The notes under the pieces are model-generated. The model searched no databases and was not told the origin of the DNA. It saw only the letters and a program-made list of their open reading frames with translations. A stretch of DNA of 64,000 nt, taken from contig NW_025963791.1 of assembly GCF_023055435.1 (NCBI RefSeq), forward strand, positions 29,326,001 to 29,390,000, in the 5' to 3' direction. Position numbers and translations under genes: made by a program. This DNA is from Haliotis rufescens (Eukaryota). This document shows, one piece after another, positions 12,832 to 25,700 of this stretch. The stretch's first letter is position 1; each line of letters opens with the position of its first letter.

Positions 12832-13101
12832 ATAACGGGTCGACAGGATGATTACAGGCCGTGGACGAACATGATAGAAGGAGCCATATGAGATAATTTC
12901 GAATACCACACCTTATTTTATTAAACCTGGTCACAACCATGTATATGGTGGTGTTAATCCCTGTTGCATCGTGTTTCTGTGTTACGTACATGATCATGCG
13001 TGTCGGTTCATGATCACTCGTGTGAATATAAAGCTTTCTGTTTGGCCACATGGCTGTCGGTTGTCTCTCGTTACTCCATGTCTGGGTGGTCGACCCGTTA
13101 T
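12832..13101. mobile_element. Candidate MITE (~270 bp), duplicated at 21987-22246
   Basis: 13-bp perfect terminal inverted repeat ATAACGGGTCGAC...GTCGACCCGTTAT; non-coding interior. Confidence 0.55.
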
Positions 13102-13258
13102 ATAAAGCCAAGGCTTTGATGTATGCAACCAAACAGGAGGTTTATTTCCATTCTACCGTAGACTGAGCATTAATAGACAACCATAAATCGCCCTAAGGCA
13201 AAATATGTTGGCTTGTATTCAAATAATTGAATTAAAATAATATGTACATGTACATATA

Positions 13259-14748
13259 CACTCTTCAAAAAAAAGAACGCACATGTAGAATTTTAGTAAA
13301 AACAATTTACCTAATAAAGTCATTATGTTTAATTTAATATCATAGATACAAATATGAAATTTTGGAGTTCGATAGTCACATGTTGTTGTACAAAGGCAAT
13401 GAAAACTGTACATTGTCATGTCACATAAGGTCACAAGGTTGCGCTGAACTCATTATCTCGTGTGACCGCCCCCCGGCAGCAATCACGGCTCTGCATCTCC
13501 TTAGCACTGACGGGATGTACGAATACTGTCCTGCGGAATTCTGCGCCATTCTGCTTGTAACGCGTTGGGCAGTTGTGGGAGTGTCTGTGGCGTGTCTAAC
13601 GTTGACGTACTCGTCGATCGAGTACCTCCCAGAGGTGTTCGATTTGTTGAGATCTGGAGATTCAGACGGCCTGGGCAAGCCGTTGATGTTGGCATTATGA
13701 AGGCGATCTGCCGTGACACGAGTTGTGTGCGGTCGACCGTTGTCCTGTTGAAACAGCTCCCTCTGGCGGCCAATGATTGGAAGAAGGTGAGGTTGAAGAA
13801 TTTGATTCATGTAGAAATTTGCTGTCAAATTTCCCTGAACCACAACCAAGTCAGATCTCGTGGTGTAGGATATGGCCCCCCACACCATGACACAACCGCC
13901 ACCGAATTTGTCGAATTCACGTACACAATGTGGGGTAAAACACTCATTTTGACGACGATAAACACGTTGTCTTCCATCTCGCCGGTGAAGAGAAAATCGT
14001 GATTCATCGCTAAACCACACTCGTCTCCAGTTACTCAAATTCCAAGGCTGTAAGGAGTAGCACCAACGCAAGCGTCGCTGTCGACGGATCTGTTGCAAAA
14101 CAAGGACGATAACTGGTGTTCTGGGTCAGATTCCAGCCTCGCGAAGATGGTTCCGTGAAAGTCTGGTCCGATATCCTCCTTAAACCAGGGATACGTCCTG
14201 CAGTCTCCGTAGCTGTCATTGTGATGACGTAGGTGGAACAGTCGAATGTAGCGATCCTGTGCAGGGGTAGTTACTCTTGGTTGACCGGTTCTCGTGGAAT
14301 TGAACTGTGTGTATTGGTCACAAAGGCGGCAAATGGTGCTATGGTGGACGTTGAAATGGCGTGCAACAGAAGACTGCGATTCCCCTCTTTGGATACGTCC
14401 TATGGCGTTGTTCCGATCGGCAGCGCGAGTCTCGGCATTTTTCGAACTTGAAAAATGTTGACAATTATAGTCTTATGCCTGCCTTTTTTTAGCCATTCCC
14501 ACGAGTTACAAATGCCACAACTTGCACGTGCATTTTGTTTTACTGTTTTCCTCCATGACATTGTTGAACAAGTGTGAAAACAATGCCGTTTAAGACATTG
14601 CAAATCGACAATGGCTGCCTTTTGACGCACGCATATCAGACCACCAAAATTTCCCAATAACATATATTCAATTTATATACCGAATTTATTGTGTAGTCAG
14701 GTTTAATGAACTACATACTACCTGTGCGTTTCTTTTTTTTGAAGAGTG
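13259..14748 (-). mobile_element. Full-length decayed Tc1 DNA transposon
   Basis: TIR CACTCTTCAAAAAAAAGAACGCAC...GTGCGTTTCTTTTTTTTGAAGAGTG with TA on both sides. Contains a transposase pseudogene. Confidence 0.95.
13453..14438 (-). pseudogene. Tc1 transposase, frameshifted
   Basis: MPRL start at 14438; motifs VWFSDESRF, GGGCVMVWGAI, FQQDNGRPHT and SPDLN; coding split over several frames. Confidence 0.92.
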
Positions 14749-15697
14749 TAAATGCATTAAACAAATTACTACTCTTGACGAGGTCAATATGCGAGAATAG
14801 ACCCTAGGCATGTGTTGGCGGCTTGTCAAGCTTCAGTGAAATGTTTAACAAAATGCAGGGATAGATGCAAAATTTAATGTGAGTGAGTTGGGTTTAATGA
14901 CGCTTTGGGTAGTATTCCAGTTATATCTCGGCGTGTCAGCTTGATGTTTGAGGAAAGCCTGAAGTGATGCAGATCTTGGACATTTATCAACACATTTGCA
15001 TTTCCAAACTTAATGTTTATATTAACTTTCTACGGTCCAGTTGGAGGAAGAAGTGCTGTAATGGGAATATTTCAACTCACATATACAGTGTACATGTTAT
15101 TTTGCTTTAACACCTCTTAACAATTGATAAGACTCCAGGATTCATGGCATTATCCATTCGTTCCCAGCCTGTCTGTTACATACATCTATCTTTATATATA
15201 ACGACACACGGTTGACCAAGTAAGTAAAGATTTACGTCAGTCATGGAGCTGGAATTGAACAATACAGTGGGACATTATAGACATATAGCATATAGCATGT
15301 TGGTCAAATGCCTTGAACGCCTGTGAAAAATGTCGGAATGGCACTGGATGAAAATTGTGACTTTCAGAGACTTCAAAGGAAGGTTTTTGTTTTATGAAAC
15401 CTTCAAAGACGACGATAACAACAGAACAGGAAAACGAAGCTTTGGGCAAATAACAATTGTTATAAAAGAGAACAATTTTATTACATGTTGAACTGGAGTA
15501 CTCGAGGATACAAGCAACATCTGCTGGTTAAGTGACAGTTTCTAACTCTTTAACTGCGGGGCAGTAAGTAAATAAGCGTAACTATCTTATTGCAAATTTA
15601 ACTCATTCTCATATCAAACTAAAAAACACATATAAGATTGCATATGAACAAGACTTATGCACTAATAATTTTGAACCAGTTTCATGTTTTATTAAAT

Positions 15698-15995
15698 CTG
15701 AGGGTAAAAGTGTGGGTGACGTAGTCGTATAAGGCACAACAGGTTTGCAAAATTGCGTCAATAAGGCGTGTTAGAAACCTATGATCGTGGGTTCGAATCG
15801 TAGCTAGATTGTTACATCTAAGACAAAAGGGTTGGTTTTCGCAGTCGTATAAGGCACAACAGGTTTGCAAAATTGCGTCCTTTTAGGTGTGTTAGACACA
15901 TATGATCGTGGGTTCGATTCCTAGATAGATTGTTGCATCACTCTGGGTCCCCCCACGTCAACTAATATCACTTAAATACGCTTCAGTTAAACCAC
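15698..15995 (+). repeat. Degenerate family-A SINE with its head tandemly duplicated (~120 bp unit)
   Basis: AGTCGTATAAGGCACAACAGGTTTGCAAAATTGCGTC...ATGATCGTGGGTTCGA occurs twice; there is a single copy in the paralogue at ~26200. Confidence 0.75.
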
Positions 15996-16682
15996 ATTAC
16001 CTTATCCCCTTTCGAACAAATACATTTTCTCTAAAGACTGGGGACAGGGATATAAAAGGTAGGTTTGATCAGCTTGGCCAGTGGTACATTAATGAGGTAA
16101 ACGTTACGTCAATCATTGTGTCATGGAAGAAGATCGGCTCGGGGGCGGCAGCGTTATGGTATGGGGTTGGATTACAGCAAGGCAGGGGACCCGTTTGATA
16201 GTGGTAGAGGGAAATCTCAATGGACAGCTCAACCGCGACGAGATCATCGGCCCTGTTGTTCTATCGTTTTTGCGTCGTCATGGTATTACCTTTCAACATG
16301 ACAACGCCCGGCCTCATATTGCTCGACTAATTCAGCATTCTCTTCAACAAAACAACGTGAATGTCATCCCCTGGCCCGCTCGCTCCCCTGATCTCTCACC
16401 AATCGAGCACATATGGGATGAGCTAGATCGGCGCTTTCGACGTCAACCACATGTTCCAAAGACACCCAAGGAACTTCGAAGCATGCCCTAACAAATATGG
16501 ACAGATATCCCACAGGACTTTGTGCGACGCCTGAGACGAAGATGTGTTGCTTGCATCGCAATCAGAGGTGGACACAAACGCTTTTGATTTGTAAATTGAC
16601 ATTTTGGCATGTTCATGTTGTTGTTTTTTAAATCACGCATTTTCTGAAGTCAGTATGGAAAATTAAACCACTTGAACACTTA

Positions 16683-17980
16683 CGAGGGCTGGCTGAAAAG
16701 TTCTAAGCCTAAGTGGGATATCTCAATCGGATTGAAACAAACTTTTGCCACCAACAAGTACAGTCATTTTATGAATCATAGACATAAGAACTGCAACTGG
16801 AGGGTTATTATTGTCTTTGTGCCAGACCATCTTGTGAACCTACCCATTGAAATCACCAGAAATGAACAAAACTGGCTATAGGGCAGTCATCAAGTACCTG
16901 CAACTGAAAGGGCTAACTACATCACAGATACATGCTGACATGGTCTCCACTTTAGGGGATGATGCCCCTTCCTTTTACACTGTAAAGAAGTGGGCTGCGG
17001 ATTTCAAGCGTGGCAGAGAAGGCCTTGACGATGACCCGCGTCAAGGAAGGCCTTCAACAGCAACCATTCCGGAAAACATTACCCTGGTGCATGACATGGT
17101 GATGGCAGATCGACGATTGACCACTCGACATATTGCCAGTGTTGTGGGCATCTCTCATGATAGGGTTGAGTACATTATCACCAACGCGTTGGGAAAGACA
17201 AAAGTTTCTGCGAGATTGGTGCCAAAGCTCTTGATAGCGGATCAGAAACGTGTCAGATTCCTGACGTCCCGTGACAATTTATGCCGTTTTGAAGCAGATC
17301 CCGATGATTTTTTTGGCCCGATTTGTAACCATGGATGAGACCTGGATTCATCACTTTCAACCAGAAACCAAAATTCAGTCTAAACAATGGAAGCATCCGG
17401 AATCACCAGCCCCCCCCCCCCCCCCCAAAAGCCAAGTCGGTTCCTTCTGCTGGAAAAGTGATGGCTTCAGTCTTTTGGGATTGCAAGGGTATTCTGCTGA
17501 TTGAAAAAGGCCAGACTATCAATGGAAGATATTATGCTGACCTACTGAGACAGTTGCGTGCAGCTTATCAAAGCTAAGCGAAGTTGAATGCTCACTAAAG
17601 GAGTTCCACCAAGACAATGCTCCTGTTCACAAATCGGTGGTTGCCATGTCAGCGATCCATGATTGTGGCTTCGAACTCATTGACCATCCCCCTTATTCAC
17701 CAGATTTGGCCCCGTCAGACTTCAACCTGTTTCCCAAAATGAAATAGGAACTAGCCGGTCGCCTTTTTCCTGGTAATGATGACGTCATTTCCGCCGTGAA
17801 GGTCTTTTTTAGGGTGGCTGAAGAAAATTTCTTCTTGATCGGCATCCAGGCCTTGCAGCATCGCTGGCAAAAGTGTGTAAACCTAGAAGGGGACTATGTG
17901 GAGAAATAAATGAAAACCATCGACTTGGTACCGTACCGGGTCTTTCACAATTAGACTTAGTACTTTTCAGCCAGCCCTCG
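16683..17980 (+). mobile_element. Full-length mariner (D,D34D) element, ~1.3 kb
   Basis: TIR CGAGGGCTGGCTGAAAAGT...ACTTTTCAGCCAGCCCTCG, with TA at 16681-16682 and 17981-17982. Confidence 0.96.
16862..17909 (+). pseudogene. mariner transposase, frameshifted
   Basis: YRAVIKYL, VSARLVPKLL, VTMDETWIH, HQDNAPVH...PYSPDLAPSDF (D34D) and GDYVEK*. Frameshifts lie near the T run at ~17310 and the C run at ~17410. Confidence 0.95.
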
Positions 17981-18524
17981 TACAGGACTCTTTTATCTGT
18001 TGCAAACCGAAATTGTTTCAGATTTGGTAAAAAATATAACTTTGCATTAAATCTTATTCAATGTCACAGGAACTTTTGTTGTTCAGTATACATACTCTAG
18101 ATTAAGCGCACCTGGCTAGCAAGCACGTGTATCATTAAATCCCATCTGGTAAATCCAACTTGCCACTTTCGGAGAAAAATCAACTTTGAAATGTTGAAAT
18201 CATTTCGGTTGGTATTGTCTCACGATCGGTAGTTTTCTGATGTAGCATCAGGTCCACAGTGTATCATATGCCTGTCTGAAGAACCGGCTAAATTTAAGAT
18301 CGGATGACTGCAATGTTTCGTTTCTTTACAGGCATCCGGGATATACTATAGATATTGACGATTACGTGGGCTTCGAACTCTCCCTCGATTATTTAATGTT
18401 TAATAAAGATGTTCGGTTGAAGGATGAAATACTAAACGCATAAGTAAGGAAGGAATGAGCATGAAAATGAACAGGCTTTACTAAATAAGGTGAAGGACAG
18501 AAGAATGATAATAGAAGAAGGATG

Positions 18525-18752
18525 ATTTTGCTTGTTATCTAACATCGCAATGAACAATAGTCCAGCTATATGAACGTGGTCTGTTTATAGTCGAGTAGAC
18601 AATCCAGTGATTGACATAATGATCATCAATTTACGTAGTGCGATCTCAATGACATGCATCAACGAAGTCAAGGAGTCTGACCACCCAATCCCATTAGTTG
18701 CCTCTCACAACAAACATGAGTTGCTGCAGATCAGTTCCGACCCGGATCGTCG
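18525..18752 (-). mobile_element. Family C retroposon, diverged (paralogue at 27345-27545)
   Basis: CAATCCAGTGATTGACAT...GTTGCCTCTCACAACAAACATGAGTTGCTGCAGA...CCCGGATC. Confidence 0.75.
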
Positions 18753-19953
18753 AGGGGAGAAGAAGGATGAAGGAAGACATTCAGCAGAAAATGTATGCAG
18801 AGGTGGCGGCGATGGAGAGAGGAGATAAGAATTCAAAGGCAATTATTTCAAGAATGAACCAGATCGAAACAGGGAGCTATAATTGACAGATTGATGAGGC
18901 CGTTGATCTGAAGTAATCATAGACGAAAAGCAAAACAAAAGGTGCACGAGAGAAATACATTTGTGAATTGAAATAAACTGGAATTTGTAGGGGTAATGAC
19001 ACACCAAAACGTAAATATACATATGGTATCATGATAGTTAAGTGGCTCTACAAAACATCGATACATTTGATGTATCCGATATGGACAACAGCAACTGTCA
19101 CTGTTGTTCAAAAGTAAGCGAAATGAATCGCCTTATCCCCTGATTTTACGTTTATATGAAAATAACATTTTTCTTTCCACTCTATATTAATTGTGGAAGA
19201 AAGCGGTCGATCCGTATGAATCTTCCCGCTGGGTATCCCGTTTCTGATGAGCTCGCTAGCGTCACGTCACGACGTCTCGGTTTATTTAAATGTGACATTT
19301 CGAAATGACGTCATAATGTTATTACGACGTATTGAATCTACGGCGTGTAGCTTATTATGCCTACTGTTAACCTTGCCGTTGAGTTTGTCAATCGCTATCC
19401 ATTGTCCTCATCATACATTGAGTGTTACTGTTAATAAGACGAACTACATCAGATACAGAAGTATTATTGTATATCGATTTCGACAACTTACCGACAACTT
19501 TTTTGTGTGTTTCCTCACATATCTCTTCTTGACAACAAACGTGAAATGTTTACCAACAAAGGGTATCGGAAGAAATATATGGAATCAAGGTTCATCAACG
19601 TTGACAATATGATATTACAGTTACCCACCCCAACCCCCACCACACCCCACCTCACCCCACCCCACCCCAACCCCCCAACCGGACACGCACGCACGCACAG
19701 ACACAAACACAGTCTGAGTTATTCGATTATCAGTAACAGCTGGACTCCTTTAGCTTAACATATATGGAGACAGATTGATTATGTTAATGTTAATGCTACG
19801 GCGGTTAGCTTACTATGCCTACTGTTAACCAAGTGGTGGAGTTTGTCGATCACCATATCGTATCCATTGTCCTAATCATACATAGCGTGTTAATGTAAAT
19901 AAGAAGAGGTACACCAGATACAGAATGGTTAATGTTTACTGATTTCTAATATA

Positions 19954-20114
19954 CAGTAAAGTACGTTCCTAACTAATACGCTTATAACGAACTGAAGGAT
20001 ATAACCTACTTTTTAGTTGCCGCCCTTTTGCTGTGTATATGCTTATGGCGAACTACGGTTATACCGGTCTAGAATTAGTGGTCCCTTTGAAATCGTTATA
20101 ATCGTAGGTTAATG
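19954..20114. mobile_element. TA-flanked MITE (Tc1/mariner-pogo type), same family as 51663
   Basis: TA-CAGTAAAGTACG...CGTTATAATCGTAGGTTAATG-TA; internal GCTTATAACGAACTG and GTGGTCCCTTTGA are shared with 51663. Confidence 0.7.
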
Positions 20115-22506
20115 TATGTTTGTCTGAGGTCCAAGGTTCAAGTCCCAAATAATCTTTAAACCGTAGAACGTGTTTATAGAAAGTCTAATGTGTTTCCTCA
20201 CATATATACTAGTATCTTCTTGAAAACAAACAGGGAAAAAATGGTTACCAACAAAGGGTATCGAAAGAAATTTATGGAAGTAAGGTCCATCAACGTTGAT
20301 AATATGATTCAGTTACCCTCTCCACCCGACACGCATGCACACACGCTCGGACACACACAAGCACAGACACAAACAAAGAGTTATTCGATTAACAGTAACA
20401 GCTGGACTCTTTTAGTATAACACATATGTGTACCGAAGGGAGACAGATTGAATATGTTAATGTTCGTTGGTATACACTTGAAACATTTCTCACGAAAGAA
20501 GTTCAAGATGAGTCAGGCGAGCATCACACACACTATAATCAAGTTTACGGTCAATATGATGGCTCTACAGTGACTGTTAATGTGATACTTCCCGTTTATT
20601 TTTACGAAATGTTCTTTTCAGCGTATCATCAAGAGCAACGGAAAACATCGTCAGACAGCTTTCTATGAATAAACACTCGTCGGATACTTCTCTTAATAGC
20701 AGCGACGAGCGTATCATCTTTTATTATGATGCCAAAACAACTCTACTGTCTGCTGGCCTGGTCTTTCGCTCAGGAAAACATATTGCACAGAGACTGAAGC
20801 TTAGCGACTGTTATGAATCAGATAGTAATCATGTAGTATTGGATCAAACTTGGGATGCAGCATTTTGTTCAACAATTATTTGATTGCGATCAGTTGCAAA
20901 CTTACTTCAGATACTGAGACTGTATTTAATAGGTCTGGAAAATTGATACGTATATATGCCATCTCTACAAAACACTTATTTTTGCCATTTACTGTCTGCG
21001 AAATAAGCAGATGTCGTTCTGGACAAAGATAAGATATGGACACTGTCTGGTAGAGTGACAATAACAAATTAGAAAGTAGGATAATTGAGTTCTTATATAT
21101 TGTTCAGACAATTTTCATGTTTGCGCACGCGAGACTGATAACATGATATATTTCAGAATCATTACCCGAGGTTCATACGTTATTTCCCTAACCTTTACTT
21201 TGTACACATACTTGCATTAAACTGACGTATTCTGGCTGGATGGAAAATATGTTTACACATTGTTACTCATAATACACGCATAATAACATTTGCTCACACA
21301 TTAATTCAATCAAGCTGTTTGTGTTCCATGAAGAGGGCATTGGACGTCACCTGTGTCATCAAGGGTTCCAGGGAGCATTCATGCCAGCATAAGAGCATTG
21401 GAAGGATAGTCTAGTATGAAGTATGAAGTTGTTAAGCAACTGGGTAGACATATTTGTATATAGGCGCTCGGTGAGGCAGCATGATGTGATAGATACTTCA
21501 ATATCTACATATCAAAGCTATATCCAACTCATCATGTTGAAAGGGAAACAAAGCTATATGAAAAACATTTCCAACGTGTGTTTGCTGAACTATAAAGTAT
21601 CTGATTTCGATTTGCGTCGAAGGATCTGAATTCGCATTAAATTGTTGAGCAGCATAGCCGAATGTAAACGGGTGGGGATGCGATGTACAAACACTGTATG
21701 TACTCGGTATACTACAGAATTTATAACTATATCAGTTTTAGTTTTATCACACATGTCAATGAATTACTGTGTCTCGATCCTGGTAAAAATAATTTCTTTA
21801 GAGTCCATAATTTGTTTGCAATGCACGAAAAAACAAATCTCGAGCTGAGATTTTTTGTCCCTACACGTATGGTTTCAAGAGGTTTCTTATGTTTTACTGT
21901 CAATAAAATAGCGCAGCTGGGCCTCCACGTGTACTTATTAAAATTCACCAATAGAGTAACACGACAAGGACAGACTGACACAGTTGTATAACGTGTCGAC
22001 AGGATGATTACAGGCCGTTGACGAACATGATAGAAGAAGCCATATGAGATTATTTCGAATACAACAGGTAGTTTTATTAAAACTGGTCACAACCGTGTAT
22101 ATGGTGGTGTTAATCCCTGTTGCATCGTGTTTCAGTGTTACGAACATGATCATGAGTGTCGGTTCATGATCACTAGTGTGAATATAAAGCTTTCTGTTCT
22201 GTTTCTGTCTCTCGATACTCCATGTCTGGGTGGTCGACCCGTTATATAAAGCCAAGGCTTAACGTTTGATGTATGCAACCAAACAGGAGGTTTGTTTCCT
22301 TTCTACCGTTGATTGAGAATTAATCGACAACCATAAATCGCCCTAAGGCAAAATGTGCTGGCGTGTATTCAAATAATTGAATTAGAATAACATGACACCA
22401 TAGGTTTTCATTCCAAAATTTATTCCTTGCTATGAATATTCTCGGAATTACACATTTGCGTTTCTAAACTTAATGTTTATATTAACTTTCCATGGTCCAG
22501 TTAGAG

Positions 22507-22787
22507 TGAGTGAGTGAGTGAGTTTGGTTTAACGCCGCTTTTAACAGTATTACAGTTATATCACGGCGTGTCAGCTTAATGTGGGAGGAAAGCCCGAAGT
22601 GATGCAGGTCTCAGACGTTTACCACTTCGGTGAAACCCACGAGCACGGGTATGGTGCTGATAAACCTACAAACATAATCGGGGCGAGCCGGGATTCGAAC
22701 CCACAATCATAGGTTTCTGGCGTTCAAGGGACGCAACTCTGCACAGAGAAACGCGGCGAATTAGACGACTGGGCAACCCGCGCCCCC
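22507..22787 (-). mobile_element. SINE family A, full length with TSD; absent from the paralogous site
   Basis: Flanked by TGGTCCAGTTAGAG / TGGTCCAGTTGGAG; empty site CGGTCCAGTTGGAG at 15033. Confidence 0.93.
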
Positions 22788-25700
22788 TGGTCCAGTTGGA
22801 GGAAGAAGTGCTGTATTGGGAATATTTTATTTCACAGATACATGTTATTGTGCATTAACATCTCTTAACAATCGATAAGACTCCAGGATTCTCTTAGTCA
22901 TGGCATTATCCATTCGTTCCCAGCCTGTCTGTTCTCCATACATTTATCTCTGTATATAACGACACACGGTTGACCAAGTAAGTGAAGACGTCAGTCATGG
23001 AGCTGGAATTGAACAACACTCTGGGACATTTTGGAAGTATTGTGTGTTGGCCAAATGTCTTGAACGCCAGTGAGAAATGTCGGGATGGCACTGGAAAAGA
23101 ATTGTGACATTCAGAGACTTCAAAGGAAGGTTTTTGTTTTATGAAACCTTCAAAGAAGACGATAACAATAGAACAGGGAAACGAAGCTTTTGGCAAATAA
23201 CAATTGTTATAAAAGAGGACAACTTAATTACATGTTGAACTTGAGTACTGGAGGACACAAGCAACATCTTCTAGTTAAGTGACACGTTCTAACGCATTAA
23301 CTGCGGGGCTGTAAGTAAATTAACATAACTATCTTATTAAAAAGTATCCTCATTCTATTGTCAAACTAAATAACCAATATATGATTTCGTTTTAAAATGA
23401 ACAATTCACTAATAATTTTGAACCATTTTCAATTTTGATTACATCTGACAATGTAACAGGGAACCGACGCCCATGTTTGTTCTGTTATTTGAGACAAATA
23501 ACATTTGTTATAAAAGAGAACAATTATTACAAACTCATTCTCATACGAAACTAAATAACCTACCTCAGATTGCATATTTACATGAAAAATTCATCTAATT
23601 ATGTACCAGTTTAATTTGTGAAAGGTAATAGAGAATAAGGGTGACCCAGTCATCTAACTTTCAGGCGTTGCAATTAGATGTGTAGAGTTGCGGCCCTTAG
23701 GCTTGTTAGAGACCTATGATCGTGTTGGCGAATCCTAGATTCGCCCAGATTCGCCCTCGTTTGTCAGCCGCACTCGTTGGTTTCACCTGAGTGGTAAATA
23801 TCTGAGACTTGAATTACTCTGGGCTTTGCTCCCACATCCAATAACATACCTAAAAAACCTCTTCAGTAACCACATTAACGTATCCCTTTCGGAATGGGTG
23901 AGTTTGGTTTTACGCCGTTTTTAAAATATTCCAGCAATGTAAACATGAAACGCCAAAGAATAAACAGTTTCAATTATCCAAGGAAACAGGTCTTTTTGGG
24001 CGTAAAAAGCAAAACATCGGTGAAAAGTATAAGAAAGGACGACTGAAAATCAGTGATAAGACCGTGTTTCGCTAAAATGGTTAGCATGTCCTGCCCAGCC
24101 GATAGCATCCGCAACTCACACAATTTTGCATTAAAAAGTATCTTGTTGTAGCCTGACATCGCAGAGCAGTACTCCTGGCATCGGCGGCGGGTAAAGAAAC
24201 TACACAATCAAGTGATGAACCAGAAATCCGGGCACGCGATAGCCCATTTTCTGATTTTGTTCTAATTACCCAAAAAACAGTGAATGCCATCTTGTCTGAA
24301 GGTTGAGGACAGGGATATCAAAGCTATATTTGATCAGCGTGGCCAGTGGTGCATTTATATGTATTCTCACACGCAATGGGATTATATGGTTGGGCTTAAA
24401 TAACATCTTTTAAATTGGTTATACCATTGTCCTGCGATGGGTAGGTATTCCTTGGTAGAATTAGGTCTCCAAATGCATCCTAAAGAACCAGCTAAGTTTA
24501 GGGTCGGTTGGTGGCAGCATATTACATTGGTTAGGTGACCTTAGTATCAAACACACACGTGTGGTGTCCAGGCTCGTCCTTTTACATTCATCCATGATAT
24601 AGGTTTACACTTTTACGCAGGTAAGTAAACTTCAAACCTGGTCACAAATAGGTCCCATGTTGATGCTTACAATGGCCTCAGGAGTTGTATGAAATAAATA
24701 AATTCAATATGTATTGAAATATTCATTCAAATCACAATACCTTATCCCTTGTTACGAATCTGGTCAATATCAACGATGTCACCGGGGACATGAATATATT
24801 GATATATTTGATGAATTTAACACAAGTGTCAACTTATTGCCAATATCAATATGTAAAGATGTAATTTGTAAAGGCTCATGTACTTGAGTCTCGTCAAGAG
24901 TAATCATTCATTTTGTTATACCGAAATTCACTTTAATGTACAAGGTTTATGAAGCCTTTAAACTGTTTCCTTCGTCCCTTGTTTCATTACAGTAACCTAG
25001 ATGCGAACCGTGACATGTTACTGCCAGACGCCACACACGTAGCAAACACATTTACATATTCAGCTGTACTGGTGGTGTAATAAAAAGTTTCACTATTGTG
25101 AATAGTGATTCATAAACACTTGATAATTACATACATGTAGTCGGAATTATTCAAGAGACTGCTTTTAGCAGAGAATCCTTACGATTATTGACAGGATTTT
25201 CTTGATTTTATTCATAAGCAGCTCGATCCGCTTTCCGTGGGTTCGAAACACACATTCGCCTGTTTATAATCGTTAGCAGAATCACACTTGTGTTCCTTAT
25301 TTTCATCAAAGTAATTACCCTCTACGACCTACCTTTCTTTGGACTACCAAGAAAGAAAGAAAATACTGTGTAAATTTCAACCCCCACAGTTTTAGGTACA
25401 TATGCATCTATCTGCCTGTACATATCGTATATAATATCATACTTGGTTACGATGGACACACACGTAATGCATATCTGTAATGTCTATTTGATGATCGGCT
25501 CACTTTCCCATGCAGGAATTGCATTGGAATGACGAGCATGTGTCTGGAAACTAAACCAGATTGGAACACGTACTTAGCAGCGTTTCTGATACATGAGACT
25601 CATTACCTGAATTGCACTACGTGTATTACCATCTCTTATGATAGCTTTGTCAAAGCTGTATGTGGCTCCCTCAGAAGTTCGTTCTTCGTCATTCGTAGTA

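Larger units (their letters stand above)
16095..18090 (+). mobile_element. 5'-truncated Tc1 (D34E) interrupted by a mariner
   Basis: ORF 16123-16491 contains GGGSVMVWG, FQHDNARPH and WPARSPDLSPIEHIWDEL, with 34 residues between D and E. The 3' end resumes after 17982 and ends in a Tc1-type terminus CTTTTGTTGTTCAGTATA. Confidence 0.88.

Noticed and set aside
12731-13132. 133-aa minus ORF with a paralogue at 21938-22255
   Set aside because: It overlaps the candidate MITE, start and stop differ between copies, and there is no domain similarity.
18698-18886. Small ORF MKEDIQQKMYAEVAAMERG... conserved at 27435-27692
   Set aside because: Identity is explained by the segmental duplication, the upstream part is antisense retroposon, and no motif is recognisable.
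19244-19310. CTGATGAG as a hammerhead core (also 47312, 27212 and minus-strand 58910-58923)
   Set aside because: No stem II followed by GAAA and a cleavage triplet at the required spacing.
19622-19682. C-rich tract and other homopolymer runs (6856, 17410, 28430) as functional G-quadruplexes
   Set aside because: These are simple-sequence expansions that vary between paralogues, with no evidence of function.
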